Translations under genes and position numbers: made by a program | Notes under the pieces: model-generated | What the model was told of the DNA's origin: nothing | Seen by the model: the letters and a program-made list of their open reading frames with translations, nothing else | The model's database searches: none | In this document: in pieces, positions 36,387 through 45,260 of the stretch | Layout: each line of letters begins with the position of its first letter | Position numbering within the stretch: position 1 is the stretch's first letter | NCBI GenBank assembly: GCA_004431415.1 | Contig: QPMI01000105.1 | Location: 1 to 47,925, forward strand | Reading direction: 5' to 3' | Length of the DNA: 47,925 nucleotides | Source of the DNA: Cyanophora paradoxa CCMP329 | Taxonomy: Eukaryota; Plantae; Glaucophyta

Positions 36387-36639
36387 GGGGGAACATGCAG
36401 ATGGCGCTAGCCTTAGGCAGGTGCACCCTGCCCAGCAGAGGCCCTCTAAGAGGCTCTGTCCTTCCAAGTGGGATCTCCACCGAGTGTTTGGGGACTTGAA
36501 TGTTTCCCTGGTTCACTCCCTCTTAGCGCTGGTCAGTTTGAATTCCCGTCTGGCCCACAAAAGCAAGGTCAGGTGCACACAAAACCTTTCCAGGGGGAAC
36601 ATGCACAAGGCGCTAGCCTTAGGCAGGTGCACCCTGCCC
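36387..36639 (+). repeat. S1 satellite
   Basis: About 1.2 monomers starting at the core. Confidence 0.93.
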
Positions 36640-37690
36640 TAGAGATTGTACGGTCGTCCGCACAAGTCTGGACAGAGCGTCGGCGTCGGCATTTGCCTTG
36701 CCGGGCTTGTACTCCAAATCAAAATCAAATTCTTGCATTCCCAAAATCCATTAACTAGCATTCGGCAAATTCTTGGCCGATTTCAAATATTGAAGAGCTG
36801 AGTGATCAGACTTGATCACAAACTTCTTGCCACGAAGATAGTGGGGGAACTTCTTGGTCACAGCCCACCAGATCGCATACAACTCCTGCTCTGTGACAGT
36901 CCATTTTTGCTGCTCCTCAGTAAGTGGTTCAGCTGCATACTCAATAACAATTTCTCGACTCCAGTTCTTCTCCGCAGATGTAAACTTGTGGGAGGCAAAA
37001 GAAACAAACTTTTCATTTCCATCCTTATCCATCTGAGAAAGCACCGCCCCTACTCCAACTTTTGAGGCGTCGGTCTTCAAAATGAAAGGCTTGCTGAAGT
37101 CAGGAAGTGCCAATATAGGTGCTGAACACAATAACTCTTTAAGTCTCCGAAATGCAAAATCTTCTCGAGGACCCCAATAAAAGGGAGATCCTTTGGAGCA
37201 CAAATCATGTAAAGGAGCCGCAATCAATGCGCAGCTCATGATGAAAATTCGATAATATCCTACCATACCTAGAAAAGTGCGAACTTCTGATACAGATTTT
37301 GGTGTGGGAAATTTCCTAACTGCTTCAACTTTTGCTGGAGAAGGCTTGATTCCAGTTCCAGTTCTGCCTTGAAGAATTTTGACTTCTTGGGCTTAAAGAA
37401 CAAGTTAGCCCGTCTCATAGCATCAAATACCCACTGAAGATCAGCAAGATGCTGCTTCAGGGATTTCGAAAAGACACATATATCATCAAGGTAGACCAGA
37501 ACAAAACTATATAAATAAGTCCCTAATACTGAATTCATCATAGTTTGAAACGTCGCCAGGGCCGTCTTCAATCCTTGGGGCATAATATTCCACTCAAACA
37601 GCCCCAGGGGAGTCCTGAAGGCAGTTTTCTCCTTATCCTCCTCCTTCATCTCAACTCCAAAATAACCATCTGGTGCGTCCATAGCTGATA
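36640..37690 (-). pseudogene. pol: Gypsy pol fragment, family E (A-related RT-RNase H), with deletions
   Basis: MDAPDGYFGVEM, MPQGL, YLDD, LKTDASKVGVGAVL, NADADALSRLVR. Confidence 0.9.
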
Positions 37691-38096
37691 TTTTTTCAGG
37701 ATAGCCCAATTCTTGGGCGATGGTTTTATTCTCAGACCACTGACTTCAACGTATGCACTACCGGTTCGGAATGGGCCGAGCTCTGGGTCAGCTCATGACC
37801 TGTGGCCGGTACACAGGGATAGGCGCTTCGACGCTAACTCTAAGCGTTCAGTGTGGCCTTGGGGGAGAGCTTGGGCGGGGTGTCCTTCTTGGGCACGTGT
37901 TGGCGGTACGTAGTCGGTAGGGGGGGTGGGGGGGTGGGGTGGGGTGGGGGGTAGTACAGACCTAGGGCGGTTGCACATCCCCCCTATCTTTGGGCGTGAG
38001 GGGCGCGGGGCGGGTGTCCCGGGGAGCCGGGATGGGGCGAGGTACGTAGGGGAGGGGTGAGCACAGGCTAGGTGGGCCCCGGGGGCCCAGCTGGGC

Positions 38097-39402
38097 CTCT
38101 TGGCCTTGTCCAGGAAACAATTGTCCATGTTAACTCATCCTCGAAGTAGGTGACAAGGAGAGCCTGTCCTTGTCAACGCTACTACTCCATTCAAATGGTC
38201 TTCACTCCTCCAATCACTAGTGTGTAGTGATTAACCCGCTCCATCCAACTCCAGACTCCAAGGACACTTTTAACAGATGAACCACTGTCCAGCAAATCTT
38301 GGAATCCTCTGGTCTCCTGCAAATGCTGGGAGTGCACCAAAGAGGAAGATGTGCTGGGAGCTTGGCTGACTCGTGAGTAGCGCACTGTGCATCATTGCAT
38401 GTCCAGAGTCCAGCAATTATAGATGAAGGTAGGCAACTTCTTGTACATGTCCAACAGTGGTGACCCTTCTGCACCAAGAATACAGTCCTGCGATTCCAGC
38501 TTTGGCAATCCAGGAAAAACAAATCATCGAATGTGACATCCTGGGAAAACAAATCTCCGACATGCACCAAGAAATAAGAGAAGCTTTGAGCTGCAAGTAG
38601 TACACAGAGGAAACACTGTGCTGCAAGACAATTCTTAGGCCTTTTCAAGTGTACATCTACGTTCGGAAGCAGAAAGACTACGAGCACCTAGAAGACATCT
38701 AGCAGGAACCACTGCGAAGGGAAAAGTGCCAATGCACTACCTGCGAATGCAGGCCACAGCAGTGTGCATACGTCTCGAAGTACTCGTTGTCAATCCTTCC
38801 CGTGTGAAACGCGACAGCCCTTTCGAGAATATTCCCAGTTTCGCGAAATGCGAATGCACTTCCCCAGCGACTGGTATGAAGAACAACGTGCGAATGCACG
38901 GACCATCCCTGTCAAAACAGAGACATGGGCTTGTCGAGCCAGCACGAGAACCACGGCTTCAATAATGAAAACGTGATATAGCGGAATGTAATCCATGCGA
39001 AACCAGAGCGTCGCTCGCTCTGTGGTAGAAAAAAAGAAGACGATGGCCGACAACGGAAAGTGAAGCGTACGACATACGAGTATGGGAAAGCATTCCAATG
39101 AGCCTAGCACGGAAAAAAATAGGTAGCTGTATTTTGTGCACACCTGTTCGAAGGAATAAAAAAAAAACAGCATGTGCACGGGAATCGTTCCGCGGCGGCC
39201 CCCAATTGAGATGAAGCAGCTGGATGAATGTGGCTGCGATAAGCTGCTGCATCCCAAGGTGTGCTAGACTACATTAGAGATGCATTCATTTATTCATGGG
39301 ACAACCCAAGACTAACCCTCACACCAAGACACTGCAAGGGGAAAGGGGGAGAACTAGGTACACTAAAGAGGGAACAGGGGAGAGTCACTACGCTTCACAA
39401 CA
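38097..39402 (-). mobile_element. Element B, partial copy (5' LTR start at 39402 plus internal region)
   Basis: Starts TGTTGTGAAGCGTAGT, like LTR A; duplicate of 43553-44857. Confidence 0.7.
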
Positions 39403-39804
39403 ATTCAACAAGATTTTCATCTTTACATAATCTTCTTCGTCAACTGTATTCTTTGGAGAAGTCGTGGAATCTGATGGCTCGATATTCTAGTGCATGCAAG
39501 ATTACGTCTGATTGCTTGTATGAAGAACCAATCAGCCTGAAGCAACTAAACATTCATGAAAACGATCTTTTTATCCCCCCATTCACACCAGACGATCAGT
39601 ATAATGACCGTCTTGCAATAGGAAGCAGTTATTCAACATTTTTAGCTGCTAACAGAAGGTTTTCCACACTTGCTTTTTGCTCTGCGCAAACTCCTGCAAG
39701 ACCATTGCATTCCGAAATTCTTTTGTATAACAACCTGCAGCACCACAATGTGACTGTTCGTAGATCCCATTTAAGGTTCTGCAGGGTGAGATCAACAGGA
39801 ATTG
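39403..39804 (+). pseudogene. C-terminal half of the split glycosyltransferase-like gene (copy 1)
   Basis: STRFSSLHNLLRQLYSL...IPPF..YNDRLAIG...PLHSE...RFCRVR. Starts at ATTC right after the LTR B terminus. Confidence 0.7.
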
Positions 39805-39857
39805 GCGTAGCACCACAATGTGACTGTTCGTAGATCCCATTTAAGGTTCTGCAGGGT

Positions 39858-40986
39858 GTCATCTCCCTAAGGCGCTAGCCTTAGGGAGATGACCCACCCA
39901 CCAGCAAGTCACCCAGTCAGAGGCCGCAGGTTTCCGATCTGCCACAAAATAGAAGAAGGATGCACTTCAAATCTCTCTGGGGGAATATGCACAAGGCGCT
40001 AGCCTTAGGCAGATGACCCACACAAAACCTTTCCAGGGGGAACATGCACAAGGCGCTAGCCTTAGGCTGGTGCACCCTGCCCAGCAGAGGCCCTGTACGA
40101 GGCTCTGTTCTTCCATGTGGGATCCCTGCCTAGTGTTTGGGGACTTGAATGTTTCCTGGGTTCACTCCCTCTTAGCGCTGGTCAGTTTGAATTCCCGTCG
40201 GGCCCACAAAAGCAAGGTCAGGTGCTCACAAAAACATTCCAGGGGCAGATGACCCTCCCAAAAGCAAGACACTCAGTCAAAGGCCCCAGGTTTCCGATCT
40301 GCCACAAAATAGAAGAAGGATGCACTTCAAATCTCTCTGGGGAATATGCACAAGGCGCTAGCCTTAGGCAGATGACCCTCCCAAAAGCAAGACACTCAGT
40401 CAAAGGCCCCAGGTTTCCGATCTGCCACAAAATAGAAGAAGGATGCACTTCAAATCTCTCTGGGGGAATATGCAAAAGGCGCTAGCCTTAGGCAGATGAC
40501 CCTCCCAAAAGCAAGTCACTCAGTCAGAGGCCCCAGGTTTCAGAAAGATGCACCCCAAATCTCTCTGGGGGAATATGCAAAAGGCGCTAGCCTTAGGCAG
40601 AGGACCCACCCACCAGCAAGTCACTCAGTCCAACTCCGCAGGTATCCGATCTGCCACAAAATAGAAGAAACATGCACCCCAAATCTCTCTGGGGGAATAT
40701 GCACAAGGCGCTAGCCGTAGGCAGATGACCCACCCACCAGCAAGTCACTCAGTCGACGGCCCCAGGTTTCCGATCTGCCAAAAAGAGAAGAAAGATGCAC
40801 CCCAAATCTCTCTGGGGGAACATGCACAAGGCGCTAGCCTTAGGCAGATGACCCACCCACCAGCAAGTCACTCAGTCATAGGCCCCTGGTTTCTCATCTG
40901 CCAGAAAATAGAAGAAAGATGCACCCCAAATCTCTCTGGGGGAATATGCACAAGGCGCTAGCCTTGGGCAGATGACCCACCTACCA
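39858..40986 (+). repeat. Mixed S2/S1/S2 satellite
   Basis: One S1 monomer (40021-40245) embedded in S2. Confidence 0.95.
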
Positions 40987-42620
40987 GCAGCAGAAGTGGA
41001 CAGTCACGGAGCAGGAGTTGTATGCAATTTGGTGGGCGGTCACCAAGAAGTTCCCTCAGTATCTCCGTGGCAAGAAGTTCATTATCAAGTCTGATCACTC
41101 GGCTCTTCAATATTTGAAATCGGCTAAGAAGTTGCCCAGTGCTGGCATCACTCGCTGGATTATGGATATGCAAAAGTTTGATTTCGAAATCCAGCACAAG
41201 CCTGGCAAATCTAATGCCGATGTGGATGCTCTTTCTCGCCTTGTGCGAGTTGCAGTTCTTTCCTTGGAAGCGATGGAGTTTTCTTCTAATTTTTCGAGCG
41301 CTTTCTTGGATGCAATTGAGTTGCAGTTGAGTTTGCCCCCGGCTCGAATTCGGGATGAGCAAATAAATGATGTTAATTTTGGCGGATATGATTAAGTATT
41401 TGGAATCAGATATTACTATTGAACCGCAAGGTGTCAACAAGGAGGCCGAACGCCAACTCAAGAGCGGCAAATTCTCTGTACAAGATGGCGTTCTCGTCCA
41501 CACTCGGCCTTCGGACAAACTTGTGCGTATTTGCGTACTTGATCATCTCAAATCAACTATTCTGTCATCGGTACACCGCACGCTCGGACATCCTGGAGTC
41601 GGCAAAATGTACAATCATCTCAAGCGGCGGTACTACTGGCGGAGTATGTTTTCTGATGTCGCTACATTTGTTTCGACATGCGCCGATTGCCAGCGTGTCA
41701 AGAATTCCAAGACTGTACAAGCGGTTCCTCAATTTGAGATTCATGCTGACCGGCCGATGCAGCACTTGGAAATTGACATCGTCGGGCCTTTTCCGAAGTC
41801 GAAGCAAGGCAACAAATATCTGATTACTATTATCGATGTTTTTACGCGTTGGTGCCATGCGGTGCCCGCGCGAACGAAGTCGGCTATGTCCGTCGTTCGG
41901 GCGTTGTTCGACCACTGGATTCCCCTCCATGGAGTCCCCGCCAAGATTTCGTCGGATCAGGGCGGCGAATTCAAGAATTTGCTTCTTAATGAACTAGAGC
42001 GTCTTTTTGGAATAAAGGCGGTCTTTTCTTCTTCTTATCAACCGCAGTCTCAAGGTGCTGTGGAAAAATTGAATGACACTTTGGTCACTCGCCTACGGTT
42101 TTACATTGACAAGAACGCTTCGACATGGGATCTCTCTCTCCCGTTTGCGCTCTTCGCAGTTCGCAATTTCGTTAATCCTATTACTGGACACACTCCTTTT
42201 GAAATGTTGTATGGGAGGCCTTGTACTCTTCCTGTGGACTTGCTGGCTACTCCTGAAGTTCAAGTGACAACTTCTGAGCCTACCGGTTACCCAGCCGTGT
42301 TGGCTCGGCGGTTCTCTCGCATTTATACCGATATTCAGCAAGCTAAGGAGGAATATCTTGCTAAGCAGCAGCAGCGGCCTTCTCAACCAGTTTTCATTCC
42401 TGGAGAAGTTGTTGCTGTTAAGACCCCTTCCACTCGGCGGTCTGATAAGCTTTCCCATCGTTTCACTGGACCTTGGACGGTGCTTAAAGATGTTTCTCAT
42501 GGCAAGGGAGTTACTTTCTTGCTGGAGTATTCTGGTCCTAAGGAGCGTGGTTCCCCTGCTGAGGGCTCGCGCCAAATGGTCCATGCCTCTCGGCTCAAGC
42601 CTTGGAAGGACCCTGATTGA
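40986..42620 (+). pseudogene. pol: Family A pol 3' fragment: end of RNase H plus complete integrase ORF (41367-42620)
   Basis: HHCC, DDE and GPW motifs; ends HASRLKPWKDPD with no chromodomain; followed by PPT GGAGGAGAG (42683-42691). Confidence 0.93.
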
Positions 42621-42692
42621 TCTCTTTCTTTTCTTTTCCTTCCTTGGACTTGGCCAGCGCGGACGTGGCCTTTTTCTTACTTGGAGGAGAGT

Positions 42693-42976
42693 TGTCGCGA
42701 AGCGTAGTTCCCCTTCCCTTTCGCCGTAGCGAATGTAGCATGTACGTTAGTGATACCCCGTCCTTCGTGTAGGGGAACAGCGGCGCGTGGGGCGGGGGGC
42801 AACCCCCTCCCTGCCTGGCCGGACCTATCCGAGCAAATTTTTTTTTTCCTTCGTGTAGGGGTATGTCATTCAATCATACGCGGATATTACGCGTGTGCGC
42901 ACGTGCGTCCCGGCACAGCACTGCGCCGTGTGCGGAAGTGGCTGAGAACCCATCGTATAGCTTGTAACAGCTTCTT
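42693..42976 (+). repeat. 3' LTR of family A, truncated
   Basis: TG start after the PPT; homologous to 4814-4618. Confidence 0.88.
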
Positions 42977-42984
42977 ATCATCAT

Positions 42985-43183
42985 TGTTGTGAAGCGTAGT
43001 GACTCTCCCCTGTTCCCTCTTAGTGTACCTAGTTCTCCCCCTTTCCCCTTGCAGTGTCTTGGTGTGAGGGTTAGTCTTGGGTTGTCCCATGAATAAATGA
43101 ATGCATCTCTAATGTAATCTAGCACACCTTGGGATGCAGCAGCTTATCGCAGCCACATTCATCCAGCTGCTTCATCTCAATTG
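42985..43183 (+). repeat. Partial LTR B, inverted relative to 43184-43278
   Basis: Reverse complement of ~39203-39402. Confidence 0.85.
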
Positions 43184-44857
43184 CAAGACTAACCCTCACA
43201 CCAAGACACTGCAAGGGGAAAGGGGGAGAACTAGGTACACTAAGAGGGAACAGGGGAGAGTCACTACACTTCACAACAATCGCTCTGTGGTAGAAATGCC
43301 CACGTCCTCGCTGGCCCAATGATAATAGAAGAACAGCTACAATGCTCTAAGATGCGAATGCATCGATACTCTGCACATCTTCACTCGCACTGACCATGTG
43401 GACTTCAGATGAGAGGACATCACTCAGCAATGAGAAGAAGCACAACCAAAGCTGGCCTGTTGTCAAAACAACCTTTGACCATACAATCAACTCCAGAGCG
43501 AGAAAACAGCATGCCCATCATGCGACAGAGCCTGTAACATCAATCTTGGCAACTCTTGGCCTTGTCCAGGAAACAATTGTCCATGTTAACTCATCCTCGA
43601 AGTAGGTGACAAGGAGAGCCTGTCCTTGTCAACGCTACTACTCCATTCAAATGGTCTTCACTCCTCCAATCACTAGTGTGTAGTGATTAACCCGCTCCAT
43701 CCAACTCCAGACTCCAAGGACACTTTTAACAGATGAACCACTGTCCAGCAAATCTTGGAATCCTCTGGTCTCCTGCAAATGCTGGGAGTGCACCAAAGAG
43801 GAAGATGTGCTGGGAGCTTGGCTGACTCGTGAGTAGCGCACTGTGCATCATTGCATGTCCAGAGTCCAGCAATTATAGATGAAGGTAGGCAACTTCTTGT
43901 ACATGTCCAACAGTGGTGACCCTTCTGCACCAAGAATACAGTCTGCGATTCCAGCTTTGGCAATCCAGGAAAAACAAATCATCGAATGTGACATCCTGGG
44001 AAAACAAATCTCCGACATGCACCAAGAAATAAGAGAAGCTTTGAGCTGCAAGTAGTACACAGAGGAAACACTGTGCTGCAAGACAATTCTTAGGCCTTTT
44101 CAAGTGTACATCTACGTTCGGAAGCAGAAAGACTACGAGCACCTAGAAGACATCTAGCAGGAACCACTGCGAAGGGAAAAGTGCCAATGCACTACCTGCG
44201 AATGCAGGCCACAGCAGTGTGCATACGTCTCGAAGTACTCGTTGTCAATCCTTCCCGTGTGAAACGCGACAGCCCTTTCGAGAATATTCCCAGTTTCGCG
44301 AAATGCGAATGCACTTCCCCAGCGACTGGTATGAAGAACAACGTGCGAATGCACGGACCATCCCTGTCAAAACAGAGACATGGGCTTGTCGAGCCAGCAC
44401 GAGAACCACGGCTTCAATAATGAAAACGTGATATAGCGGAATGTAATCCATGCGAAACCAGAGCGTCGCTCGCTCTGTGGTAGAAAAAAAGAAGACGATG
44501 GCCGACAACGGAAAGTGAAGCGTACGACATACGAGTATGGGAAAGCATTCCAATGAGCCTAGCACGGAAAAAAATAGGTAGCTGTATTTTGTGCACACCT
44601 GTTCGAAGGAATAAAAAAAAAACAGCATGTGCACGGGAATCGTTCCGCGGCGGCCCCCAATTGAGATGAAGCAGCTGGATGAATGTGGCTGCGATAAGCT
44701 GCTGCATCCCAAGGTGTGCTAGACTACATTAGAGATGCATTCATTTATTCATGGGACAACCCAAGACTAACCCTCACACCAAGACACTGCAAGGGGAAAG
44801 GGGGAGAACTAGGTACACTAAAGAGGGAACAGGGGAGAGTCACTACGCTTCACAACA
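43184..44857 (-). mobile_element. Element B: non-autonomous LTR element (5' LTR from 44857, decayed internal region, truncated 3' LTR from 43278)
   Basis: Two same-orientation LTR starts 1579 bp apart. The 3' UTR motif GGCCAGCGnGGACGTGG is shared with A. Relic knuckle and LLDSG motifs inside. Confidence 0.72.
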
Positions 44858-45260
44858 ATTCAACAAGATTTTCATCTTTACATAATCTTCTTCGTCAACT
44901 GTATTCTTTGGAGAAGTCGTGGAATCTGATGGCTCGATATTCTAGTGCATGCAAGATTACGTCTGATTGCTTGTATGAAGAACCAATCAGCCTGAAGCAA
45001 CTAAACATTCATGAAAACGATCTTTTTATCCCCCCATTCACACCAGACGATCAGTATAATGACCGTCTTGCAATAGGAAGCAGTTATTCAACATTTTTAG
45101 CTGCTAACAGAAGGTTTTCCACACTTGCTTTTTGCTCTGCGCAAACTCCTGCAAGACCATTGCATTCCGAAATTCTTTTGTATAACAACCTGCAGCACCA
45201 CAATGTGACTGTTCGTAGATCCCATTTAAGATTCTGCAGGGTGAGATCAACAGGAATTGT
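44858..45260 (+). pseudogene. C-terminal half of the split gene (copy 2)
   Basis: Duplicate of 39403-39804, ending in S2 satellite. Confidence 0.7.

Noticed and set aside
39261-39402. LTR-derived N-terminus forming a new fusion protein (also 44716)
   Set aside because: GTG start, antisense to the LTR and a truncated C-terminus; probably a chance open frame.
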